64,000 nucleotides of DNA from Bacteroidota bacterium (GTDB lineage Bacteria > Bacteroidota > Bacteroidia > 2-12-FULL-35-15), in contig JADKIU010000002.1 in NCBI GenBank assembly GCA_016722565.1, forward strand, positions 1,030,119-1,094,118, given 5' to 3'. Positions 50,638 to 59,191 of the stretch are shown here, one piece after another. The notes under the pieces are model-generated. The model saw only the letters and a program-made list of their open reading frames with translations, made no database searches and was not told the origin of the DNA. Positions within the stretch are counted from its first letter, which is position 1. Each line of letters starts with the position of its first letter. A program made the position numbers and the translations under genes.

Positions 50638-50717
50638 TCAATATTAGTTTTCCTACTGACGAATATCATCTTTTTTATTCCCGATACTCCCTACCCTTGC
50701 AGCTGAATTGATTCAGT

Positions 50718-51755
50718 ATGCTGGGATTACAAGTAAACTCATTTGAAGTAAAGAACTTTTTTGTCCAAAAAATTGGTAAAAGCACCTTCGTTTGGCGCAT
50801 CGTTGAATTCCTGCAAGGACTTTCCTTTACACTTAACTATTGGATACACTACCAATTCAAGCTTTCTTCCAAAACCTCCATTACCGAAATCAACATCGAA
50901 TTTGTAAGCTATTGCAACCTCAGATGCATCCTCTGCTCACTCGATCACGAGAAAACAAAAGTGAGGATGAATCCGGAAACCTTAAAACACTTCTTCGAAG
51001 ACTTTCTAAGCGACAAACGCTTTCGAAGCGTCAAAACCATTCATCTTTATAATGCCGGGGAAGTTTTGTTACATCCAAAATTAGAAGAAATGCTTGCCAT
51101 TATCAAACAATACAAAGAGCAAGCAACTTCGAAAAGAATACATTTTCCAAAAATTGCTTTGCTCACCAATGCAACAATATTGGACAAGGAAAATTCCACA
51201 ATATTGATTGAATCGGGAGTGCTTGACAATATCCGATTCAGCATGGATGGCGGGAACAAGGAAAAATTTGAAGAAATGCGCCTACGAGCAAAGTGGGATG
51301 TATTTGTAAAAAACATTACCACCTTTTGTGAGCTCAATCATCAACAACCAAAACCTATCCCTACCGGAATTATAACTCTTGTTGAATATGAAAACAAACT
51401 AAACACCAAATGGATGAGTGATGAATTTAAAAAACTACTCCAAATGGTGGATGGCTATGAACTTCGATATGCGCACAACTGGGGCGGAGAAGTTGAAATT
51501 GAAGAACTAAAAAATAAAACTAAAAAAGAGTATAAAATTGGGTGCAGCTTGCTCATGCATCAATTAGTATTATTACCCAATGGCGACATTACCGTATGTT
51601 GTGCAGATTTAAATTCAAAAGGTGTAATTGGGAATATTTTAAAAGAAAAACTAGTTGATATCTATTCAAAACCTTTACGCTTAGAGATGCTTCAAAAATT
51701 CATGAATGGCAAAAAGAAAGAAATTGACTTGTGTAAAGACTGTGAAACGTTTTAA
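50718..51755 (+). CDS. Radical SAM enzyme with C-terminal SPASM/twitch-like Cys cluster
   Basis: CNLRCILC (CxxxCxxC) at residues about 66-73 after an unusual 60-aa N-terminal extension. The C-terminus carries CSLL...VCCADLN...CKDCE. Confidence 0.65.
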   Translation: MLGLQVNSFEVKNFFVQKIGKSTFVWRIVEFLQGLSFTLNYWIHYQFKLSSKTSITEINIEFVSYCNLRCILCSLDHEKTKVRMNPETLKHFFEDFLSDKRFRSVKTIHLYNAGEVLLHPKLEEMLAIIKQYKEQATSKRIHFPKIALLTNATILDKENSTILIESGVLDNIRFSMDGGNKEKFEEMRLRAKWDVFVKNITTFCELNHQQPKPIPTGIITLVEYENKLNTKWMSDEFKKLLQMVDGYELRYAHNWGGEVEIEELKNKTKKEYKIGCSLLMHQLVLLPNGDITVCCADLNSKGVIGNILKEKLVDIYSKPLRLEMLQKFMNGKKKEIDLCKDCETF

Positions 51756-51897
51756 TACAAACCAAAACACTAATCTGACAGAAGTCAGATTATAGTATCC
51801 AATCCTCTGACCAGCATCATTTATTCAACTAAACAAACCGTCTAATTTTGCTCGAGTGAATATTACTCTTTCAAATAAACAACTAAAATAAATTATC

Positions 51898-52743
51898 ATG
51901 AAAAAAATTACTCTTTTAGCGACTCTGATAGGATTATTTATTTCAACAACGAATTTGATTGCACAAATTCCAAACGGAACTTTTGAAAGTTGGGCAGTTG
52001 ATATTTATGGCGACAACAATCCTGTTAGCTGGACAACTACGAATAGTGATCCCGACATTAGTGTTACACCTTATTCACCCGCTTATGCCGGAACATATTC
52101 GATGAAAGTAAGCACATTTGATCCCGGCTTTATGGCAATTCCTGGTATTGCGGATGTTTCTTTCCCATACAGTCAACGCCCGACTCAGATTAATGCATGT
52201 TTTAAAGCGAACATCTTACCGGGCGACAAAGCCTATATCATTGTTGCATTATATCAAGGCGATTCAATTGTTGCTGCACCGGGAGATTGTTCATTTGTAA
52301 TCGACACCACAATCAGTACATTCACTTGTATGAGCTTTCCAATCACATACCAATCCGCATTAATACCTGACTCTGCTTACATCATGATTGTAGCAGGTTC
52401 AAGTTTTGCGCAATTGGGCACAAACATAATTGTAGATAATTTAACATTTAGCTTACCCGCGGATATCGCTACGTATAGTAACAATCAAAATAAAATTACC
52501 AGCTATCCAAATCCAACAAGCGCTGAAACATATATTGACCTGAATCTAAATTCCAAAAACAACATCGTTATTTCGGTGTGGGATGCAAAAGGAGCTCTCG
52601 TAAATACCATAAACGTGGGTGCAATTGCAGCAGGGAAGGAACAAATCACGTTAAACACAAACACATTAGAGAATGGAATTTACACGTATCATGTAAAAGG
52701 AGAAGACATTTCTTATTACGGTAAATTAATCGTTAATAAATAA
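51898..52743 (+). CDS. Secreted protein with T9SS/Por C-terminal sorting domain
   Basis: Signal peptide MKKITLLATLIGLFISTTNLIAQ and a C-terminal ...GIYTYHVKGEDISYYGKLIVNK CTD. Confidence 0.6.
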   Translation: MKKITLLATLIGLFISTTNLIAQIPNGTFESWAVDIYGDNNPVSWTTTNSDPDISVTPYSPAYAGTYSMKVSTFDPGFMAIPGIADVSFPYSQRPTQINACFKANILPGDKAYIIVALYQGDSIVAAPGDCSFVIDTTISTFTCMSFPITYQSALIPDSAYIMIVAGSSFAQLGTNIIVDNLTFSLPADIATYSNNQNKITSYPNPTSAETYIDLNLNSKNNIVISVWDAKGALVNTINVGAIAAGKEQITLNTNTLENGIYTYHVKGEDISYYGKLIVNK

Positions 52744-52756
52744 TTGGGAATTTGAT

Positions 52757-52790
52757 TTCTAAAAAATAACCCCGAGACATTCGGGATTTT
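52757..52790. terminator. Bidirectional rho-independent terminator
   Basis: aaaaaataa-ccccgag-acat-tcggg-atttttttt. Confidence 0.6.
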
Positions 52791-52990
52791 TTTTACTTTA
52801 TTTCTTCGAAATCAACATATTCTCCTTCATCATCTCCTACCGATTTCTTTTGAGGAGGCACATAATTCACAGTCGTTTCACCCTCTTTGCGAGAAGTATC
52901 TGATGATTGCTTTGCATTTTTTGAGCGGTAAGAATTTACACTGTTCAATATCCTCCAAACAATCCAAACAACTAATATGGTGTAAAAAAA
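52783..52990 (-). CDS. Small (about 68 aa) N-terminally membrane-anchored protein with an acidic C-terminal tail; the reading frame requires removing one base from the T7 run near the start
   Basis: With T6 it reads MKDIFYTILVVWIVWRILNSVNSYRSKNAKQSSDTSRKEGETTVNYVPPQKKSVGDDEGEYVDFEEIK. As assembled, the ATG frame stops after 41 codons. Confidence 0.4.
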
Positions 52991-53067
52991 TGTCTTTCAT
53001 TTTATGAATACAAATTTACGTTTTATTAATTATATGAATACATTTGTTCACATAAATATCTTTCTAC

Positions 53068-53730
53068 ATGCGATTAACATTAGCATTTATTGGTTCTATG
53101 TGGGTGCTTGCATCCTGTGCACCAACACGATTTGTAAAGCCACTGGCAAAAAAACAACATGCGGCCAACGTTTCATTGGGCGGCCCATTAATCAAATATG
53201 GAACAGCCACTGTCCCGATTCCCTTCCTTACCGCCAATTATGGTTACGGAATTGATAGCACGTTTACAGGATTTGCTTCTGTAAATATAACCTCCGCACT
53301 TTACGGAAATTTCCAATTGGAACTTGGAGCCACCAAACAAGTGCTCCAGCAGAAACAATACTTTCCGGGATTAAGCATTACACCTATCGCAAACATCATC
53401 TACAAGAACAAAGATGCCAGAAAACTATATCCGCAATTAGCCATCAATGCATTTTGGGAATACGGCAAACGAAAAAACATTGTGTATGTGGGTGTCGACA
53501 ATTGGTTTGAACTGGCTTCTAAACGCCAATATGAAATCAAACAAAAAAATCATTGGATGTTTATGCCGATGATTGGACATAGTTTCACCGGTAAAAAATG
53601 GAATTTCAACATCGAAGCAAAAGTAATTGCACCCAATTTATCCAACGAAAAATTGGTTGTAGATTATGTAACACCTTTAAATACAAAAGGTGCTTTTGGA
53701 GTATACTTAGGAATCACAAGAAAATTTTAA
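53068..53730 (+). CDS. Hypothetical lipoprotein
   Basis: Lipobox ...WVLASC; no recognisable catalytic motifs. Confidence 0.5.
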   Translation: MRLTLAFIGSMWVLASCAPTRFVKPLAKKQHAANVSLGGPLIKYGTATVPIPFLTANYGYGIDSTFTGFASVNITSALYGNFQLELGATKQVLQQKQYFPGLSITPIANIIYKNKDARKLYPQLAINAFWEYGKRKNIVYVGVDNWFELASKRQYEIKQKNHWMFMPMIGHSFTGKKWNFNIEAKVIAPNLSNEKLVVDYVTPLNTKGAFGVYLGITRKF

Positions 53731-53788
53731 AAACAATCTCTGCGTTCTCTGCGCCTTCTCAGCGGACTCAGCGGTAAAAATTTCACAA

Positions 53789-54679
53789 ATGAAAAAACTA
53801 TTTTATTTATCATCCATACTTTTATTATCAAGCTGCTTAACACTTGACGAAAATTTATTCAACAATTCTAAATTAGAATCTTACAAACTGGATAATTATA
53901 CCGGAGAAGTAGATTTTATACTCGACAACTCCTATCACATTCCGGATAGCCTCATTCACCTATTCACATTGCCCTCCAAAGCATCTGGCGAATCAAGCGC
54001 TACGACCATTTATGCCATTTACATTGGCGACATTGCACAAATTGCAACGGATACCGTAATCATGTATTGCCATGGTAACAAAGACCACATGGATTTTTAT
54101 TGGCAGCGCGCAAAATTATTGGCCAATACAAAAAATAAAAATCGTTTTGGAGTATTGATGATAGACTACCGCGGTTACGGCATGTCGGAAGGTGAACCAA
54201 CAGAAGCTGGTTTATATGCCGATGTGGATGCAGCATTAAACTGGCTAACAACAAAAGGTCTTTCCAACGAACGCTTAGTAATGTATGGATTTAGTATGGG
54301 CTCTGCTCCTGCAACAAAATTAAGCGCTGAAAACTGGAGCTTAAAACCTCAAAAATTAATTTTAGAAGCTCCTTTTGCATCTGCCGAAACAATGGTGCAA
54401 GATGGCTCCGGATTGGCCATGCCGGGCGACTTTTTCACAACACTCGAAATTAACAACGGAGAAAAAATCAAATCCGTTTCTCAACCTTTCTTTTGGGTAC
54501 ACGGTGAAGCAGATGATTTTTTAAATATTGATACGCATGGTGCACTAGTGTATAGCAACTACCAAGGAAGCTACAAAGAAGCACATCGAATTGCAGGAGC
54601 TGGTCATAGCACGGTTCCGCAAACTATGGGTTTTATAAATTACATGAATGCTTTGGGGGATTTTATTGTGTCACAGTAA
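53789..54679 (+). CDS. Alpha/beta-hydrolase fold lipoprotein (serine hydrolase)
   Basis: Lipobox LLSSC; nucleophile elbow GFSMGS; downstream Asp/His candidates. Confidence 0.65.
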   Translation: MKKLFYLSSILLLSSCLTLDENLFNNSKLESYKLDNYTGEVDFILDNSYHIPDSLIHLFTLPSKASGESSATTIYAIYIGDIAQIATDTVIMYCHGNKDHMDFYWQRAKLLANTKNKNRFGVLMIDYRGYGMSEGEPTEAGLYADVDAALNWLTTKGLSNERLVMYGFSMGSAPATKLSAENWSLKPQKLILEAPFASAETMVQDGSGLAMPGDFFTTLEINNGEKIKSVSQPFFWVHGEADDFLNIDTHGALVYSNYQGSYKEAHRIAGAGHSTVPQTMGFINYMNALGDFIVSQ

Positions 54680-54700
54680 TTTTTGATTATATTTATAGTG

Positions 54701-55660
54701 ATGAAACATTTACTCACTATTTTGTTATTAATTCTAGGATTAGGCTTAAAAGCTCAAACATCAGTATATCATCCTTTCCCCCAGATTAATTCATACTGGA
54801 ACATTAACAAAAGTTTTTATTGCTGGATTGGAATTCCAGAGTATATAACACAATCCTATTCTGTCATTGTTTCGAATGATACGACAATTGGATCAGAAAC
54901 ATATCACAAACTATTTATACCCTATTTAAGAAGTGATTCAACAGGTTGCACTAGTAATTCTGTTACTCAAGGTATTTATAAAGGGTGTATTCGAGAAGAT
55001 ATTTCAGCAAAAAAAGTATACTATGTTAAACCGTCTTTCAGCACAGAAAAGCTCTTATATGATTTTAATTTACAAGTAGGAGATACAATTTTCGGAGAAC
55101 TTGAAGCACCGACAAAAGACACAGTTATTTCAATTGACTCAATAGAAACATGGGGCTCTGGTGGAGGCTGGGTTAAACGATGGTTAATTAATTCATGTTA
55201 CAATATTTACATTATAGAAGGAGTTGGTTCTACTTATGGTCTTATTGAGCCATCTCCGGGTTGTGCACCTGATAATATGGAAAGAGATATCATGTGCATG
55301 GTTTGCACCCTCCCTACTACTGGCTATTATTATCCTGCTATCACTGATTGTGATATGATAACTTCTGTCAATTCAATTGCAAAGGATTACAATGTTGAAA
55401 TTTTTCCAAATCCCTCAAATAACTCATTTCAAATCGACTTCAAAAATCATTTATTTCAGGAACTTACTATTTCTAATTTACTTGGCGACATTGTTTTGAA
55501 AGAAAATATTCGTTCGCTAAATAAGTTATTTATTAAAGATCTCGACAACGGCATTTATATTCTTACTCTTGTAGATAAAGACGGTAAAAAACAAACAGAA
55601 AGATCATTTGCAGCAAAAAAAAAGACTGAAATCTCTTTCAGTCTTTTTGTTAAATATTAA
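54701..55660 (+). CDS. Secreted protein with T9SS C-terminal domain (the tail may be extended by a homopolymer error in the A9 run at 55616-55624)
   Basis: Signal peptide MKHLLTILLLILGLGLKAQ, and a C-terminal ...NGIYILTLVDKDGKKQTERSF CTD-like tail. Confidence 0.5.
   Translation: MKHLLTILLLILGLGLKAQTSVYHPFPQINSYWNINKSFYCWIGIPEYITQSYSVIVSNDTTIGSETYHKLFIPYLRSDSTGCTSNSVTQGIYKGCIREDISAKKVYYVKPSFSTEKLLYDFNLQVGDTIFGELEAPTKDTVISIDSIETWGSGGGWVKRWLINSCYNIYIIEGVGSTYGLIEPSPGCAPDNMERDIMCMVCTLPTTGYYYPAITDCDMITSVNSIAKDYNVEIFPNPSNNSFQIDFKNHLFQELTISNLLGDIVLKENIRSLNKLFIKDLDNGIYILTLVDKDGKKQTERSFAAKKKTEISFSLFVKY
55621..55652 (+). terminator. Rho-independent terminator overlapping the annotated 3' end of 54701..55660
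   Basis: aagactgaaa-tctc-tttcagtctt followed by TTTT. Confidence 0.55.
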
Positions 55661-55678
55661 TCCGAGTATATCTGTGCT

Positions 55679-55696
55679 CTCGATAGCTATCGGGAC
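55679..55696. repeat. Palindromic element CTCGATAGCTATCGGGAC immediately downstream of the carB stop
   Basis: The same family as 19301, 19425 and 58584. Confidence 0.85.
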
Positions 55697-55708
55697 TGTG
55701 GTGAGAAC

Positions 55709-58525
55709 CTATTTACTCAAGTACAAATTTCTCTCACTATAAATCGTGTGAAAGAATTCATCTGTCAAGTCATCAATGAAGTATATCGCCTCTCCAGTTG
55801 ATTTCATTTCCGGTCCAAGTTCTTTGGTTACTTCCGGGAACTTTTCATAGGAGAACACCGGAATTTTAATTGCGTATCCTTTTTTTCGAGGAGTGAATTT
55901 AAAGTCCTTCACTTTGGCGCCCAACATTACTTTTGTTGCATAGTTAACGTATGGCTCGTCATACGCTTTGGCGATAAACGGAACCGTACGCGATGCGCGT
56001 GGGTTTGCTTCAATGATATATACTACCTCATCCTTAATCGCGAACTGAATGTTCAACAACCCAACTGTTTTTAAAGCGATGGCAATTTTCTTGGTATGGT
56101 CTTCCATTTGCTTAATCACATTCTCACTTAAATCAAATGGTGGAAGAACAGCGTACGAATCACCGGAGTGAATTCCTGCAGGCTCAATGTGTTCCATCAT
56201 TCCAATAATGTAATTATCTGTTCCATCACAAATCGAATCACTCTCCGCTTCTATTGCTCCTTCTAAAAAGTGGTCCAACAATACTTGATTGCCCGGATGG
56301 TCTTTTAATAAATTCACAACATGTTGCTCCAACTCTTGCTCGTTGATCACAATCTTCATGTTTTGTCCACCCAATACATAACTCGGGCGCACCAACAATG
56401 GGAATCCTAATTCTTTTGATAATTCAACTGCTTGTTCTGCATCTTCAATTACTCCGAATTTCGGATATGGAATACCATTCTCTTTTAGCAAGTTCGAGAA
56501 ACTTCCTCTGTCTTCCGCCAAATCCAATGATTTATAATCGGTACCGATAATCTTAATTCCGTAGCGCTCTAACTTTTCTGCCAACTTCAATGCTGTTTGT
56601 CCGCCTAACTGCACAATCACACCTTCCGGTTTTTCATTTAAGATAATGTCGTAAATATGCTCCCAGAAAACCGGTTCGAAATATAATTTATCCGCTACAT
56701 TAAAATCGGTTGAAACTGTTTCAGGATTACAGTTAATCATAATCGTTTCGTAACCACATTCTTTGGCAGCTAATACTCCATGCACACAGCTATAGTCAAA
56801 TTCAATCCCTTGTCCGATACGATTCGGACCGCTTCCCAACACTACAATTTTTTTCTTGTCGGATGCAATGGATTCATTTTCATCTTCGAATGTACTGTAG
56901 TAATAAGGTGTTTTCGCTTCAAACTCAGCAGCACAGGTATCTACCAATTTGTAAACACGATTAATTTTCAAATCTCTTCGTTGGTTAAACACTTCACTCT
57001 CCAAACATTTCAATAAGTGAGCAATTTGTCTATCAGCATATCCTTTTTGTTTTGCTTCGTATAAAAGTTCACGCGGCAAATCTTTCAATGAATATTTCGA
57101 AATTTCATTCTCTAATAAAATCAACTCTTCAATTTGGTTTAAGAACCAAGGATCGATGCGGGTTAATTTTTGAATGGTTTTGATGGAAATCCCTAATTTG
57201 ATTGCATCATAGATGTGGAATAAACGATTCCAGCTCGGACGCTCCAAGCTTTTTAATAACTCATCTTGATTTTTTACTTCTTTACCATCTGCACCTAAAC
57301 CATTGCGTTTGATTTCTAAACTCTGACATGCTTTTTGCAAAGCTTCCTGGAAGCAACGTCCAATGCCCATTACTTCACCCACCGATTTCATCTGAAATCC
57401 TAATTCACGATTCGCGCCTTTGAATTTATCAAAGTTCCAACGTGGAATTTTCACAATGACATAATCCAATGTCGGCTCAAAAAAGGCCGAAGTAGATTTG
57501 GTAATTTGATTTTGTAATTCATCCAAATTAAATCCAATCGCCAGTTTAGCTGCAATTTTTGCAATCGGGTAACCGGTAGCTTTACTTGCTAATGCGGAAG
57601 AACGGGACACACGCGGATTGATTTCAATCGCGATAATATCTTCTGAATCATCCGGGTTCACCGCAAACTGCACATTACATCCACCCGCAAAATTCCCGAT
57701 GCTGCGCATCATTTTTATCGCCATGGTACGCATCTTCTGAAACGTACTATCGGACAAGGTCATTGCCGGTGCAACTGTGATACTATCTCCGGTATGAACA
57801 CCCATTGGATCGAAATTTTCAATCGAACAAATGATTACGACATTATCATTACTATCACGCAACAATTCCAACTCATATTCTTTCCAGCCCATAACGGCTT
57901 TATCAATCAATACTTCGTGGATTGGTGAAGTATGTAAACCTCTATCAATTGCTTTATCAAAATCTTCTTTTACGTATACTACTGAACCGCCACTTCCACC
58001 AAGGGTAAATGATGGACGAATTACCAATGGAAAACCAAACTCTTGAGCAATTTCTTTCCCTTCTAAAAACGAACGACAGATTTTAGATGGCGCCATGCTC
58101 ACTCCTATCGATTCCATGCGAGCACGGAACTTATCTCTATCTTCTGTAACTTCAATCGCTTCAATATCTACCCCAATCATTCGAACACCATACTTTTTCC
58201 AGATGCCCATCTCATCGCACTTCATCGCAAGGTTCAATGCAGTTTGTCCGCCTACTGATGGCAAAACCGCATCAATATCTTTGTTCTCTTCTAAAATCTT
58301 TACAATCGACTTCACTTCCATTGGCAACAGGTAAACATTCTCTGCTGTTACTTTATCGGTCATGATGGTAGCCGGATTCGAATTAATCAACGTTACTTTC
58401 ACTCCTTCTTCGCGTAACGAACGAGCGGCTTGCGAACCGGAATAATCAAATTCACATGCTTGTCCGATTACAATTGGACCGCTCCCGATGATTAAAACTG
58501 ACTTTATGGAATTATCTCTTGGCAT
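55709..58525 (-). CDS. carB: Carbamoyl-phosphate synthase large subunit
   Basis: 938 aa; duplicated ATP-grasp halves; N-terminal MPRDNSIKSVLIIGSGPIVIGQACEFDYSGSQA. Confidence 0.95.
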   Translation of the reverse strand: MPRDNSIKSVLIIGSGPIVIGQACEFDYSGSQAARSLREEGVKVTLINSNPATIMTDKVTAENVYLLPMEVKSIVKILEENKDIDAVLPSVGGQTALNLAMKCDEMGIWKKYGVRMIGVDIEAIEVTEDRDKFRARMESIGVSMAPSKICRSFLEGKEIAQEFGFPLVIRPSFTLGGSGGSVVYVKEDFDKAIDRGLHTSPIHEVLIDKAVMGWKEYELELLRDSNDNVVIICSIENFDPMGVHTGDSITVAPAMTLSDSTFQKMRTMAIKMMRSIGNFAGGCNVQFAVNPDDSEDIIAIEINPRVSRSSALASKATGYPIAKIAAKLAIGFNLDELQNQITKSTSAFFEPTLDYVIVKIPRWNFDKFKGANRELGFQMKSVGEVMGIGRCFQEALQKACQSLEIKRNGLGADGKEVKNQDELLKSLERPSWNRLFHIYDAIKLGISIKTIQKLTRIDPWFLNQIEELILLENEISKYSLKDLPRELLYEAKQKGYADRQIAHLLKCLESEVFNQRRDLKINRVYKLVDTCAAEFEAKTPYYYSTFEDENESIASDKKKIVVLGSGPNRIGQGIEFDYSCVHGVLAAKECGYETIMINCNPETVSTDFNVADKLYFEPVFWEHIYDIILNEKPEGVIVQLGGQTALKLAEKLERYGIKIIGTDYKSLDLAEDRGSFSNLLKENGIPYPKFGVIEDAEQAVELSKELGFPLLVRPSYVLGGQNMKIVINEQELEQHVVNLLKDHPGNQVLLDHFLEGAIEAESDSICDGTDNYIIGMMEHIEPAGIHSGDSYAVLPPFDLSENVIKQMEDHTKKIAIALKTVGLLNIQFAIKDEVVYIIEANPRASRTVPFIAKAYDEPYVNYATKVMLGAKVKDFKFTPRKKGYAIKIPVFSYEKFPEVTKELGPEMKSTGEAIYFIDDLTDEFFHTIYSERNLYLSK

Positions 58526-58583
58526 AACTGATTGTTGGTTCTTAGTTGTTTGTTGCTAGTAAGCTTGTTAGAACTGTCATTTC

Positions 58584-58603
58584 GTCCCGATAGCTATCGG
58601 GAG
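58584..58603. repeat. Palindromic element GTCCCGATAGCTATCGGGAG in the carB 5' leader region
   Basis: The same family; a perfect 16-bp core CCCGATAGCTATCGGG. Confidence 0.85.
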
Positions 58604-58712
58604 GAGTAGAAAAATCTTTTCTGCATAAATACTCACCTCATTATCGCTCACGAAATTACTTATAAAACCGCCTTTTCTTTAAAAATTCTATTAACAAGTT
58701 TTCAAGAAAAAA

Positions 58713-58755
58713 GGGCATAAAAAAAGCCTTTCCAATAACGGAAAGGCTTTTATAT
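58713..58755 (-). terminator. Rho-independent terminator of rpmH
   Basis: aagcctttcc-aataac-ggaaaggctt with flanking A/T runs. Confidence 0.65.
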
Positions 58756-58775
58756 TGATAGAAGTGAATCACTTT

Positions 58776-58937
58776 CTATTTATGTGTTTTTTCGTCAGAA
58801 ACTGTTAATTTTTTTCTTCCTTTAGCTCTACGAGAAGCTAATACTCTGCGACCATTTGCAGATGCCATTCTCTCACGGAAACCGTGTTTGTTTTTTCTTT
58901 TTTTAGTGGATGGCTGGTAAGTACGTAATGCTTTCAT
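58776..58937 (-). CDS. rpmH: 50S ribosomal protein L34
   Basis: Reverse translation gives [53 protein letters not shown], which is canonical L34. Absent from the ORF track because it is under 60 aa. Confidence 0.9.
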   Translation of the reverse strand: MKALRTYQPSTKKRKNKHGFRERMASANGRRVLASRRAKGRKKLTVSDEKTHK

Positions 58938-59191
58938 TATTTCTGTTATTGTTATGCTCTTCTTATTTTGAAGAACTATTAATTATTGTTCTTTTTCTAA
59001 ATTCGGACTGCAAAGATAGAAGTTTTTTCTTTTCTACAAACTTTTTAATGAAATTGATGTTATTAAACAGAAAATTCGCCTTTTTTAAGGTATTTCAGCT
59101 GCCCATCCGTCTTAGAAAAAGGGCAGAATTAACAGTAAAACACAAGCTCAGCGACAAAAAATCATACATTTGCACCACAATTTTTGAATAA

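Noticed and set aside
53004-53255. 83-aa ORF overlapping the lipoprotein gene start
   Set aside because: It is in a different frame from the signal-peptide-bearing ORF 53068..53730, which has a proper lipobox. It lies upstream of any plausible promoter.
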